This document shows, in pieces, positions 1-8,889 of a DNA stretch of 24,434 bases. The position numbers and the translations under genes were made by a program. Positions within the stretch are counted from its first letter, which is position 1; each line of letters starts with the position of its first letter. Under the pieces are notes generated by a model. That model worked only from the letters and a program-made list of their open reading frames with translations. It did no database searches and had not been told where the DNA came from. The stretch lies in IMG/VR virus record IMGVR_UViG_3300009505_000068, positions 1-24,434 of that record; one strand, written 5' to 3'. Source of the stretch: a virus (taxonomy: Duplodnaviria > Caudoviricetes).

Positions 1-261
1 ATCAACATCAGACAATATCTGAAGTGCTGAACTACCTGATCTTATCAACTCTATCTTGTTATCCAGTTCACCACTGTAGGTAAACTCACCTTCACCAGTG
101 TATCTACCTTTGTATCTGTCAGCTACTTGATTCTGACTCTTGCTAGTAGCATGCTTATCAAGTCTACGGTGCCATGGGTTCTTAGCATCGTCGTTCTTCT
201 TCTGTTGTAAATCGACAAACTCGTTGATATGAGTCCAGAAAGCTTTCTCAAATAGCATCAT
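1..261 (-). CDS. Hypothetical late (possibly head-internal) protein, truncated by window edge
   Basis: Not in ORF track. Read by hand on minus strand from ATG at 261: MMLFEKAFWTHINEFVDLQQKKNDDAKNPWHRRLDK..., open to position 1; TATAAATA box 6 nt upstream; N-terminal LFE/INE resemble T4 prohead-protease (I/L-x-E) sites. Confidence 0.75.
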   Translation of the reverse strand, partial: MMLFEKAFWTHINEFVDLQQKKNDDAKNPWHRRLDKHATSKSQNQVADRYKGRYTGEGEFTYSGELDNKIELIRSGSSALQILSDVD

Positions 262-267
262 TATCAG

Positions 268-275
268 TATTTATA
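268..275 (-). promoter_or_regulatory. T4-type late promoter TATAAATA
   Basis: Plus strand tatttata = exact T4 gp55 late consensus on minus, 6 nt before ATG at 261. Confidence 0.85.
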
Positions 276-310
276 AAAAAAGCCGCTCAATTGAACGGCT
301 TTTTTTATTT
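275..310. terminator. Rho-independent terminator, potentially bidirectional
   Basis: aaaaaaAGCCGCTCAA-TTGAACGGCTttttttattt: GC stem flanked by A-run and T-run; lies just downstream of minus gene ending at 329. Confidence 0.85.
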
Positions 311-328
311 TGGGGAGTTAAATTGTTC

Positions 329-1180
329 TTAGTCTCCGAGAGCTTTAGATTTACCGTTAGTAACTTTGTTACTCTTGTTACCGGCCATTGGATGGTCACG
401 ATCACCGTGTCCGCCTAAAGGCTTAGGTGTTGGATCTTCTTTGATATTACCACTTTCAGCAGATCCACCCTTTGCAGAGTAACCACTACCGGAAGTTTTG
501 TTATTTTTACCTGTAAGTCCTGGAACTCCATCAGAAGCAGCAGATGGCTCAGGTTTTGATACAACAGCATCACCTAACATCTCGTCATCCATGTCGTCGC
601 CCATCGACTCTTCGTCTTCTAGGTCTTCGAGCTCATCTCCTCCATCAAGCTCAGCTTTAAGTGTATCTAAAAGTTGCTCAGCTAATTCTCTAGGAAGACT
701 TAATGTGACTTCATCGCCACCCATTTCGTCTTCACCACCGAATTCATCTTCACCACCGAAGTCATCATCTGACCCCATGCCGTTAAGATCAGCGAAAGGA
801 TCGTCTCCTTCCATGATAGTTGAGTATAATTTGTCGAAAATATTTGTTGGATCTTTTTTGCTCATCGTTCTGGAATTATTTATACCCTCTTTAATGTTTT
901 TTCCAGGTTTTTTGTCCTTTTTGTCTAAACGTTCTGAAATCTTCTTCATATAATAAGCGTTATCCTCACCAGCATCTTCAGGTTTTAGAGGCTTTCCGCC
1001 AGTGATACACTCATCATCACCAGTGGAACAGTTATTATCAGGTTTTAACTCCTGAGCATGTGGCGAATCACCCAAGGCTTCCGGGCAGTCTCCTGACTTC
1101 CATACCTTGCTGTCATCGCTTTCAGTTATCATTCGACCATACACTTGTTCAAGGTCCCTTGTATCTCTAGATTCGTTCAC
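329..1180 (-). CDS. Acidic low-complexity protein, probable prohead core/internal head protein
   Basis: ORF track 329..1225; start re-assigned to GTG at 1180 (MNESRDTRDLEQVYGRMITE) because it removes overlap with terminase and sits 5 nt after a late box; D/E/G/M-rich tracts and ITE, IKE, IME motifs resembling T4 gp21 cleavage sites. Confidence 0.6.
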   Translation of the reverse strand: MNESRDTRDLEQVYGRMITESDDSKVWKSGDCPEALGDSPHAQELKPDNNCSTGDDECITGGKPLKPEDAGEDNAYYMKKISERLDKKDKKPGKNIKEGINNSRTMSKKDPTNIFDKLYSTIMEGDDPFADLNGMGSDDDFGGEDEFGGEDEMGGDEVTLSLPRELAEQLLDTLKAELDGGDELEDLEDEESMGDDMDDEMLGDAVVSKPEPSAASDGVPGLTGKNNKTSGSGYSAKGGSAESGNIKEDPTPKPLGGHGDRDHPMAGNKSNKVTNGKSKALGD

Positions 1181-1193
1181 ATAAGTACTTATC
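1180..1193. promoter_or_regulatory. Overlapping divergent late promoters (palindrome ATAAGTACTTAT)
   Basis: Perfect 12-bp palindrome 1181-1192 giving cATAAGTA on + and gATAAGTA on -; same ATAAGTA variant precedes genes at 7165 and 13798. Confidence 0.7.
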
Positions 1194-1197
1194 GATA

Positions 1198-2943
1198 ATG
1201 AGCAGTAAACACCAACCTCAATCAAACTTTAATGGAGACAAAACCAAACACTTGTACATGGGTAACAAAAACTTACCCACAGACAGGGCCGAGTTTGAAT
1301 GGACTCCTGACATGGTCGCTAGCCTCAAGAAGTGTAAGAAGAACTTGCTTCACTTCGCTGAGAATTTCTTTACTATTGTGAATCTAGACAGAGGTAAGGA
1401 GAAGATACAATTATTCCCCTGTCAAAAGAAAGTACTCAGAAGTTTACGTGATAATAGATTTAATATCGTATTAGCGAGTCGTCAAATAGGAAAAACTACG
1501 CTAATGACAATATACGCACTCTGGATAGCATGCTTTCAAGAGGATCAACGTATATTAGTTGTAGCCAATAAAGAGCAAACAGCGATCAACATATTTAAAA
1601 GAATCAGACTAGCATACGAGCAATTACCCAATTGGATCAAACCAGGTGTGTTAGAGTATGGCAAGACTGCCATGACATTATCTAATGGTAGTAGTATAGG
1701 TATATCCACAACGAGTAGTGATGCCGGTAGAGGTGACAGTTGTAATGTGTTGATTTTGGATGAGATGGCATTTATTGACAATCACCTGGTTGAAGCATTT
1801 TGGAAATCAGTGTATCCAATCATCAGTAGTAGTAAGAAGAGTAAGATCTTTATAGCCAGTACCCCTAATGGTACAGGTAATTTATTTCATGATCTGTATA
1901 GTAACGGTGTGAAAGGTAAAAATGGATGGACACCTGTTAGGGTTGATTGGTGGGAGGTACCTGGTCGTGATGAGAAGTGGAAGACGGACACTATACAGAG
2001 TTTAGGTAGCAGTCAAATATTTGATCAAGAGTTCGGATGTCAGTTCATCGAAACCGGAGAAAGTGTACTAGACGAAGAATTGGTTCGTAGAACGTCACTA
2101 ACATTACAAGAACCTAAACATCTATTTGATGAGGGTAGTTACAAAGTGTGGTCGTTACCTGACGAGTCACGTACATATACTATTGGAGTGGATATATCTG
2201 AGGGTGTTGGAGATGCTGCTACAGTGGTACAAATATTAGATATAACCGACTTGACTGACATTGAGCAAGTGGCTGTGTATTGTAATGATCGTATTAGTCC
2301 TTATAATTTCACAACTAAATTGTTAGAGATACTACAACAATGGGGCAATCCTCCAGCTTTGATAGAGCGTAACAATTGCGGAGCTCAAGTAGTTGACACA
2401 TTGAAGAATGTGTATGGTTATGAGAATATAGTCAATTATTCACCAAGTAAATCAGTTCAAGCTGATCGACCTGGTGTTATAGCGCATACTAACACAAAAT
2501 ATAAAGGTGTGATGAACATGAAGTATTGGTTGAGTGAAGTGTATGCTGTGACAATACATGACACACAAACTCTAGAAGAATTGAAAACATTCGTTAGATA
2601 TCCTAACGGTACATGGAAGGCTATCAAGGGTACAAATGTACAAGATGACAGAGTGATGAGTTTGATTTGGGCGTTGATGATACTTGAAGTAGGGATCACA
2701 GAACAATATTTCGAGATCGAACAATTCGATAAAAACCAGAAACCAGCGGTAATATCCACATTGGATTTTGGATTACGTCAGTTCAGTAACACATTAAACT
2801 TGTATGGAGACGAGATGATGACAGAAGAATGGAACACTTTACCCGTATATATAGATAGTGAGCATATGGATGGAGGGGCTAGTAATCCTCTGTATGACCG
2901 GGATGTTAGTGATTTGATGGAACAAGGATGGGAGACTTTATGA
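1198..2943 (+). CDS. terL: Terminase large subunit (T4 gp17-like)
   Basis: Adenine-binding LFPCQ, Walker A ASRQIGKTT, Walker B LILDEMAF, motif III ASTPNG, FDQEFGCQF, RNase H-like nuclease GVDISEG and DDRVMSL. Confidence 0.97.
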   Translation: MSSKHQPQSNFNGDKTKHLYMGNKNLPTDRAEFEWTPDMVASLKKCKKNLLHFAENFFTIVNLDRGKEKIQLFPCQKKVLRSLRDNRFNIVLASRQIGKTTLMTIYALWIACFQEDQRILVVANKEQTAINIFKRIRLAYEQLPNWIKPGVLEYGKTAMTLSNGSSIGISTTSSDAGRGDSCNVLILDEMAFIDNHLVEAFWKSVYPIISSSKKSKIFIASTPNGTGNLFHDLYSNGVKGKNGWTPVRVDWWEVPGRDEKWKTDTIQSLGSSQIFDQEFGCQFIETGESVLDEELVRRTSLTLQEPKHLFDEGSYKVWSLPDESRTYTIGVDISEGVGDAATVVQILDITDLTDIEQVAVYCNDRISPYNFTTKLLEILQQWGNPPALIERNNCGAQVVDTLKNVYGYENIVNYSPSKSVQADRPGVIAHTNTKYKGVMNMKYWLSEVYAVTIHDTQTLEELKTFVRYPNGTWKAIKGTNVQDDRVMSLIWALMILEVGITEQYFEIEQFDKNQKPAVISTLDFGLRQFSNTLNLYGDEMMTEEWNTLPVYIDSEHMDGGASNPLYDRDVSDLMEQGWETL

Positions 2944-3521
2944 AGGAATATATACAACAATCAGTTTTAAACAAGGCCAAAAAAGATAAATTTGTATTTG
3001 TCTTGACATTGCCTGATGCGATGAAGGATATCGCATACTCGTTACCTGAAAACCGACAGGATGATCGAGTGATACCAGACACTCTGCAGTTTAGTGTGTA
3101 CGGAGCGGTAGTACCTAGTGTTAGAGTAGATTCCGGTGAGATTAGATACTCAGGTCATGCTGTCAAGTTCAGTACACACAGCAGACCGGCATATGATAAT
3201 GTGACGGTCAACTTTACTATTGACAACAGGTTCAACAACTACTGGGTCATATGGAAATGGTTAGATATATTGAATGATGATAAAGATGCGGTATTCATGA
3301 AGCAAAAACGTGTGGGGTTAGATGAATCAATGTTCAAGCAATATCAAGGTTCCGCGACCATGTACGCTCTAGATGAGTATAACGAGCAAACGATGAAATT
3401 TGACTATGAAGGATTGTTACCGGTCAGTTTAGGTAATATAGATTATAATTACCGTACAGCTGATAACATAGATACAACATTTGAATTCTCATTTTCAAAA
3501 TTAACGCCAATTTTATTGTAA
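2940..3521 (+). CDS. Tail completion / tube terminator protein (T4 gp3-like, tube fold)
   Basis: AVVPSV...YDNVTVNFTIDNRFNNYWVIWKWL...FDYEGLLPVSLGNIDY...TFEFS pattern of gp3/gp19 family; likely start ATG 2940 overlapping terL stop as ATGA (track gives 2928). Confidence 0.7.
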   Translation: MKEYIQQSVLNKAKKDKFVFVLTLPDAMKDIAYSLPENRQDDRVIPDTLQFSVYGAVVPSVRVDSGEIRYSGHAVKFSTHSRPAYDNVTVNFTIDNRFNNYWVIWKWLDILNDDKDAVFMKQKRVGLDESMFKQYQGSATMYALDEYNEQTMKFDYEGLLPVSLGNIDYNYRTADNIDTTFEFSFSKLTPILL

Positions 3522-3549
3522 TCTTTTCCGGAAAACAGCTCCGAGAAGT

Positions 3550-3557
3550 CATAAATA
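3550..3557 (+). promoter_or_regulatory. Late promoter CATAAATA
   Basis: 7/8 match to T4 late box, 19 nt upstream of sheath ATG. Confidence 0.75.
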
Positions 3558-3576
3558 ATTTCAACAGCAATTAACT

Positions 3577-6500
3577 ATGGCAAGAACAATACAATCCCCT
3601 GGAGTAGAAATAAAGGAAGTAGATCTTTCTTTACGACCTAATTTACCCGTAGGCACAACAGTGTTTATACCCGGTTTCGCGAACCAAGGACCAACTGATG
3701 AGTTACTCACGGTGTCCAGCTTGAGCGAATTCGAACAAATTTATGGTCTACCACAAAACGCTGCAGAGCGATACATGTATCATTCTGTCAAGGCTGTATT
3801 TCAAAGCCCTGCCAACGTCCTGGTATCTAGATTGCCATACGGTCAAGGGGCAGGAGCAACAGTTGCTGACAAATACAGTGTTCAGGTGTATCCAGTCATT
3901 CCTCGTCCAATTATCGTTGATGGTGCTGCACCAGAGATCAATTCAATCGAGAAGGATACTAGAATTGTAGCATGGCACCCAATTGATGACAATGCAGTTG
4001 ACGCTGGAGGGGATTATGTAGTAGCGCAAGCAGCATCTGGTCAATTTGACACAACCGCTGATATTATAACCACCGCTACCGGTTCAGACAAGAACGCATG
4101 GACAATAGAGGTTAACCCCGGGGCAGCTGATAATGATAACACTTTTGATTCAGTATCTGGTATATTTACAATTAACAGTACGGCTGCTAACTTGAACGGA
4201 AGTGCAATTGTAGCTCGTATTAATGGTAATTTTTCTTCTCAACTCTCTGCCAATGGCGGATTGGAAGACACACCAGGGGTTAAAGCAACTGTAACAGATC
4301 AAGGAGCAACAGTAACGGCTGACAACGAAGGAGTCATTGGTAACGTGACTGTTACCGCTGTACCTGGATCACAATCAACAGTAACAGATCAAGGAGCAAC
4401 AGTAACTGCTGACAACGTTGGTACAGCTGGTGATGTGACTTTAACTGCTGATAGTATCGAAGATGTTGATGCTCTAGTATTAGCACACAACGCATCCAAC
4501 CCAGGTAACACATTAACTGTTGTTAATGGTGGTACAGAAGTACCTACTAATGATTTAGTTTTAACTGGTGGAGTTGACAGTAAAGATGTTGACACTTTAA
4601 TATCTGATTTTAACACTGCTAATCCAACCAACACATTAACTGTTGTCAGTGGAGGTACAGAAGTACTTGCTACTGATTTAGTTTTAACTGGTGGGGCAGA
4701 TTTTATTGCAGCAGCTGATACTATCAGCACTCAAACAGTTATCACATTTGCTGGTGGAGTCGATTCCGGTTTAAGTACTAAAGTAGTTCCTGTCGGTGAG
4801 TGGATATTCAGTGAAACTAACCCCGGAGGTTATCAAGGAACAACTGTTAAGGATGCCGTTGACAGTGTTTTGGCTGGTATTGAGTCATTAAGTGCTCTAT
4901 CGCAAGACAACCTATACTGGACAGAAGCAGAAGCAGGTGATCCATTGAGTATTCCAGCTTTAAATGCATATGAAATACCTGAGGTATCAGATTTAATTGC
5001 TGATGCTGTTAATAGTGTTGGGTGGGACTTGAGCGCTAGTGATCGTTACTACTTAGGTGAACCTAGTAATATCGAGCTTACAAACGACGAGTTTCAAAAG
5101 ACAATCAAAGGTGAGATCAAGCTTAGCCAAGCAAATGCAGGTAAGTTAGAGAATCAAAAATTCACAACATACAACGATCTGCTCACAAAAGGTGGAGCAG
5201 GAATGATGATCGTAAATGACAAGAAATTCGTTCTCAATGAGAAGTTTGAAGGTTACTATATCGGTATTTCTGACAACACTAACTTGAACCCTGCTACAGA
5301 TTTTGATTCAGTAGGACAACTCAAATCATTGAGCAAAAAGCTTGGTGGAACAACTGGTGGTTACGTCAATGTACCGGATTCCGGAATAAAAAGCCGTTTA
5401 ACATTCTCACTTAGTGCTGGATTCATCTTCGATCAATACGGAAACAAACAACAAGTAGGATTAGATGGTAGTATGAGTGAGGCTCTAGAAAACTTGAGTG
5501 AATTCGACCTCAATACTGATGAGTTCAGTGATGTGTTAACACTTGCTGTATTTAAGGTACGTCAATCAACACTAGAACCTGATGCTACTAAGCTCGATTA
5601 CCTCGTTGCTGATAGTGTTATTGGTAGTGTCAATTACTTCAGAGAAGCATTCAAATCTACCGGTGGTACAGCCACTAGTTACTTCATCGAGAGTGAAGCT
5701 AGTAACAGTAACAACCTTTACATGAAGTTCAATGAAGGTATCTCTAAAGACGCCGGAAATTGGTTAGACGAGAATGGTTATCCAACACGTAAGATCAGAG
5801 TTTTCCCTTCTAAATCAGTTAGCTATTACGATGAGCTTAATACAGGTCAACAAGAAGCAACAACACAAGAAGTCAACGATTTCAAAGTTGCTCAAGCGTT
5901 TCTCAATGGAAATGAAGAGAAAGAAGACCGACTATACATCAAATCTTGGCAAGATTTACAAGCTTCTAGAAAAGCTCAAATCAAGCACGGTAATAACGTG
6001 TATCCACATGGTGTATATCGCAAGCAAGCAGCTGCAGCTAAAGAAACCGGTAACATTCCAGCTAAATTAGATCGTATCTTCGAATTAGCAGACAATTTTG
6101 ATCTGTTCCCGATTGATATCACAATTGAGAGTGGTTTAGGTACAGTTTATGTCGGTACAGATGGTGGTACAGTTGAGAGTTTTGATGATGAAGAGTTCTT
6201 CAACATTGGAGATCATGTAGTTAGTAGCACCGGATTGAGCGGAAGTGGATTGTATACAACCAAGTTGATTGATAACAGAAGTGAAATCAATTACTTGACA
6301 CAATATGACACAATTTTCGATACATTCAAGAGTTTCAGTCAATTCGCAAGAAAAGACAATATCTTTATTGCTGATCCATTGAGATACATCTTTGTACAAG
6401 GTAGAAACAGCAAGACTCTAACAAGTCAACAGCGTGAAGCCGGAGTAAACTTCTCACAACACATTTACTGGCCGTTGCGTCACATGATGACCGGTGGTAC

Positions 6501-7146
6501 CAAGAATAGTAGTTATTGCTGCACTTACGCGAACTGGGGATTCACAAACGATAAAGCACTTAACCGTGGCGTTTGGGTACCAATGAGTGGATTTGCTGCA
6601 GCAGCAATGGGTAATACGGATAGTAACTTCTATCCATGGATCGCACCTGCAGGTTTCACAAGAGGCTTAGTGAGTGGTATTCAAGACCTTGCGTTTTATC
6701 CAAAACAGAAGGAAAGAGATCAGTTATACAAAATTGGATTGAATCCAGTTGCTAACTTTCCTAATGAAGGATTTGCAATCTTCGGTCAAAAGACCATGCA
6801 AGCTAAACCAAGTGCTTTCGATCGTATCAACGTTAGAAGGTTGTTCTTATACCTACAAAAGGCCACAATGAATACAGTTAAATACTTCGTATTCGAGCCG
6901 AACACATTATTCACACGGACACAAGTATTAAACGTTCTTCGTCCAATCTTCGAGGAGGTAAAGAACACACAAGGTATGTACGATTACCTGCTCGTTTGTG
7001 ACGAACGAAACAATTCACCAGATGTTATTGACCGCAATGAGCTTGTCATAGACATCTACATCAAACCTACACGCGCTGCGGAATTCATTCTAGTCAACTT
7101 TTATGCTACTAGAACTGGTCAAGACTTCAGTGAATTAGTGTCCTAA
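3577..7146 (+). CDS. Contractile tail sheath protein (T4 gp18-like) with large insertions, 1189 aa
   Basis: N-terminal SPGVEIKEVDLS, GFANQGP, FEQIYGLP; C-terminal PWIAPAGFTRG, RDQLYKIGLNPV, FGQKT, SAFDRINVRRLFL, FEPNT, CDERNN, IKPTRAAEFI. Confidence 0.97.
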   Translation: MARTIQSPGVEIKEVDLSLRPNLPVGTTVFIPGFANQGPTDELLTVSSLSEFEQIYGLPQNAAERYMYHSVKAVFQSPANVLVSRLPYGQGAGATVADKYSVQVYPVIPRPIIVDGAAPEINSIEKDTRIVAWHPIDDNAVDAGGDYVVAQAASGQFDTTADIITTATGSDKNAWTIEVNPGAADNDNTFDSVSGIFTINSTAANLNGSAIVARINGNFSSQLSANGGLEDTPGVKATVTDQGATVTADNEGVIGNVTVTAVPGSQSTVTDQGATVTADNVGTAGDVTLTADSIEDVDALVLAHNASNPGNTLTVVNGGTEVPTNDLVLTGGVDSKDVDTLISDFNTANPTNTLTVVSGGTEVLATDLVLTGGADFIAAADTISTQTVITFAGGVDSGLSTKVVPVGEWIFSETNPGGYQGTTVKDAVDSVLAGIESLSALSQDNLYWTEAEAGDPLSIPALNAYEIPEVSDLIADAVNSVGWDLSASDRYYLGEPSNIELTNDEFQKTIKGEIKLSQANAGKLENQKFTTYNDLLTKGGAGMMIVNDKKFVLNEKFEGYYIGISDNTNLNPATDFDSVGQLKSLSKKLGGTTGGYVNVPDSGIKSRLTFSLSAGFIFDQYGNKQQVGLDGSMSEALENLSEFDLNTDEFSDVLTLAVFKVRQSTLEPDATKLDYLVADSVIGSVNYFREAFKSTGGTATSYFIESEASNSNNLYMKFNEGISKDAGNWLDENGYPTRKIRVFPSKSVSYYDELNTGQQEATTQEVNDFKVAQAFLNGNEEKEDRLYIKSWQDLQASRKAQIKHGNNVYPHGVYRKQAAAAKETGNIPAKLDRIFELADNFDLFPIDITIESGLGTVYVGTDGGTVESFDDEEFFNIGDHVVSSTGLSGSGLYTTKLIDNRSEINYLTQYDTIFDTFKSFSQFARKDNIFIADPLRYIFVQGRNSKTLTSQQREAGVNFSQHIYWPLRHMMTGGTKNSSYCCTYANWGFTNDKALNRGVWVPMSGFAAAAMGNTDSNFYPWIAPAGFTRGLVSGIQDLAFYPKQKERDQLYKIGLNPVANFPNEGFAIFGQKTMQAKPSAFDRINVRRLFLYLQKATMNTVKYFVFEPNTLFTRTQVLNVLRPIFEEVKNTQGMYDYLLVCDERNNSPDVIDRNELVIDIYIKPTRAAEFILVNFYATRTGQDFSELVS
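4291..4417 (+). repeat. Direct repeat pair A (37 bp core, 90-bp period) in sheath gene
   Basis: gtaacagatcaaggagcaacagtaac(g/t)gctgacaacg at 4291-4327 and 4381-4417, 1 mismatch. Confidence 0.95.
4507..4694 (+). repeat. Direct repeat pair B (65 bp core, 123-bp period) in sheath gene
   Basis: aacacattaactgttgt...gatttagttttaactggtgg at 4507-4571 and 4630-4694, about 6 mismatches by eye. Confidence 0.95.
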
Positions 7147-7147
7147 C

Positions 7148-7155
7148 CATAAGTA
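7148..7155 (+). promoter_or_regulatory. Late promoter variant CATAAGTA
   Basis: Between sheath stop and tube ATG, 9 nt upstream of start. Confidence 0.65.
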
Positions 7156-7164
7156 TTTAAAGCT

Positions 7165-7704
7165 ATGCCAGACGTAAGACAAACAATATCAGATTTCTAT
7201 AGAGTCGCACAAGAGAGAGATTTCAGTCGTGACTTCCAATTTAGAGTACTTAACATTCAAAGTGGAGATGGAGCATTCGCGATTACTGAGGATGACTTAG
7301 TATATGCCCAAGGTGGTAGCATACCAGGTCGTACTGTAGCTAACCACGATGTATCATTCATGGGATTAAACTTCAAGGTACCTGGTGCAGCTTCTTACTC
7401 AGGAACATATCCGCTCACATTTTATAGTGATCGCGAAGACAGTCTTCGTAATCTCTTATTGACATGGAGTAAAGACACCTTTGATGACGCTACAAGCACT
7501 GGTAACTACTATATGCCCAAGGAGACATCGATTGTTGACTTGGTACAATTAGATACACAGCTAGAGCGTGTCGCACAGTTTACGCTTGTTGGCGCTTATC
7601 CTCAAGAAATTGGAGAAGTGACCTACACTGCAGCGGGAACAGGAGCACCTGTGACATTAACTTGTACTCTCAATTACCACTTTGTACGATCCACAAGATT
7701 TTAA
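7165..7704 (+). CDS. Tail tube protein (T4 gp19-like)
   Basis: Immediately follows sheath; 179 aa; SIPGRT..VSFMG...VPG, LTFYSD, LVQLD, FTLVGAYPQEIGEVTY, TLNYHF match gp19 pattern. Confidence 0.9.
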   Translation: MPDVRQTISDFYRVAQERDFSRDFQFRVLNIQSGDGAFAITEDDLVYAQGGSIPGRTVANHDVSFMGLNFKVPGAASYSGTYPLTFYSDREDSLRNLLLTWSKDTFDDATSTGNYYMPKETSIVDLVQLDTQLERVAQFTLVGAYPQEIGEVTYTAAGTGAPVTLTCTLNYHFVRSTRF

Positions 7705-7729
7705 CCAGCACCAAATCACAAACCAAATT

Positions 7730-7755
7730 AGCCGTGCCCAGTGTACGGCTTTTTT
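7730..7755 (+). terminator. Rho-independent terminator after tail tube gene
   Basis: AGCCGTGC-ccagt-GTACGGCT followed by T-run. Confidence 0.9.
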
Positions 7756-7765
7756 GTGTCCGCAC

Positions 7766-7773
7766 ATTAAATA
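7766..7773 (+). promoter_or_regulatory. Late promoter variant ATTAAATA
   Basis: TAAATA core directly after terminator, 9 nt before ATG 7783. Confidence 0.6.
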
Positions 7774-7782
7774 ATAGTACAT

Positions 7783-8856
7783 ATGTTCGATGATATAAGA
7801 AGAATTGGTGAGAAGGTAGACAATCTGTTAGGTACAGATATCTTCCCGTTCAACTATCCATTCAGTCATACTGAGAACTTTCTTCAACATATGGACAAGT
7901 GGGAATTTGCTATTCCTATGAAGTTTCTATGGTTGGTGCATATCGAAACAATACCCAGTGTGATATCATCGCAGACAATGTGGAACAAGGAACCATCAGC
8001 AGGAGAACAATCTACCGGTAGTATAAATTCACCTCAAACACAAGTGAATGGATGGGATATAAATCAAGGTAAATCGGAGATAACTAGACAGACATACATG
8101 AACACTGGTAAAGGTAATGGTTGTATTCTGGCACAAGGAGTTGTGTTACCTGGAGAGAATTACGAAGTCAAGGATATACCTATCAGTAACAACATGGGTT
8201 TCTTACCCGGTAAAGTGGGAGGTAACAAGAGTGCTTCTCCTCCACTACAGATTCAATTTAGAGAAACAAACCGGTCTTTTCCAGACTTGGTGCTCAGGCC
8301 ATGGATATATATAGCCTCACATATGGGGTTAACTGCGCGTCCTCCGAATGATATTGGAAGGAAAATCAAAACAAACATATCCATCGTGCAATTAGGCAAA
8401 ACATACCCACAAATACCATTGATCGAGAGAAAAATATGGAGGTTCTATAACTGTGTACCTGTATCAATAGACGGTAAAGAACTAACATATGACGCAGCTG
8501 AGATACAGCTATATTCTACTAGCTGGAATTACACACATTATTCAGTCGAGAGTTTACCTACCACTGACATGGATGCTTATATGAGCAAAGAAGGGTTTCA
8601 GAAGTTTGTCAAAGATATGGCTAGTAAATTATTATCAAAATCTAGGTTCTTCAAGAAACTCAACAAGAAGTTAGCCAAAGTCGAGAGGTTTGTTGACAAA
8701 GCTACCAAGATCAAGAAGAAGGTTGATAAAGTACTCGGATTCCTAGGAGGTTTGGGTAAACCTAAGGCAAGAGCCGGTGGAAATCGTAATGCAGGTGCTC
8801 TCACAAATGGCCGTAGTGCGGATTCTAGCTTCAAGAGTGACTCACCACCAAGCTAA
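7783..8856 (+). CDS. Tail tube-fold baseplate protein (gp54-like tube initiator) with basic C-terminal extension
   Basis: AQGVVLPGE, LQIQFRET, LRPW, WRFYNCVPVSI, LTY, SWNYTHY echo tube-family motifs; position after tube gene. Confidence 0.6.
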   Translation: MFDDIRRIGEKVDNLLGTDIFPFNYPFSHTENFLQHMDKWEFAIPMKFLWLVHIETIPSVISSQTMWNKEPSAGEQSTGSINSPQTQVNGWDINQGKSEITRQTYMNTGKGNGCILAQGVVLPGENYEVKDIPISNNMGFLPGKVGGNKSASPPLQIQFRETNRSFPDLVLRPWIYIASHMGLTARPPNDIGRKIKTNISIVQLGKTYPQIPLIERKIWRFYNCVPVSIDGKELTYDAAEIQLYSTSWNYTHYSVESLPTTDMDAYMSKEGFQKFVKDMASKLLSKSRFFKKLNKKLAKVERFVDKATKIKKKVDKVLGFLGGLGKPKARAGGNRNAGALTNGRSADSSFKSDSPPS

Positions 8857-8876
8857 TTGACTTTTCTGTAGATCTC

Positions 8877-8884
8877 GATAGATA
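8877..8884 (+). promoter_or_regulatory. Putative late promoter variant GATAGATA with upstream TTGACT
   Basis: 5 nt before GTG 8890; TTGACT at 8857-8862. Confidence 0.4.
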
Positions 8885-8889
8885 TTAGT

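Noticed and set aside
498-953. 151-aa Ser-rich plus-strand ORF
   Set aside because: Antisense read-out of the Asp/Glu-rich minus gene
1198-2943. Intein or intron in terminase
   Set aside because: 581 aa with contiguous motifs at normal spacing
4291-4694. CRISPR array or DGR template/variable repeat
   Set aside because: Repeats are in-frame coding pairs, mismatches are not adenine-specific, and no reverse transcriptase or cas gene is in the window
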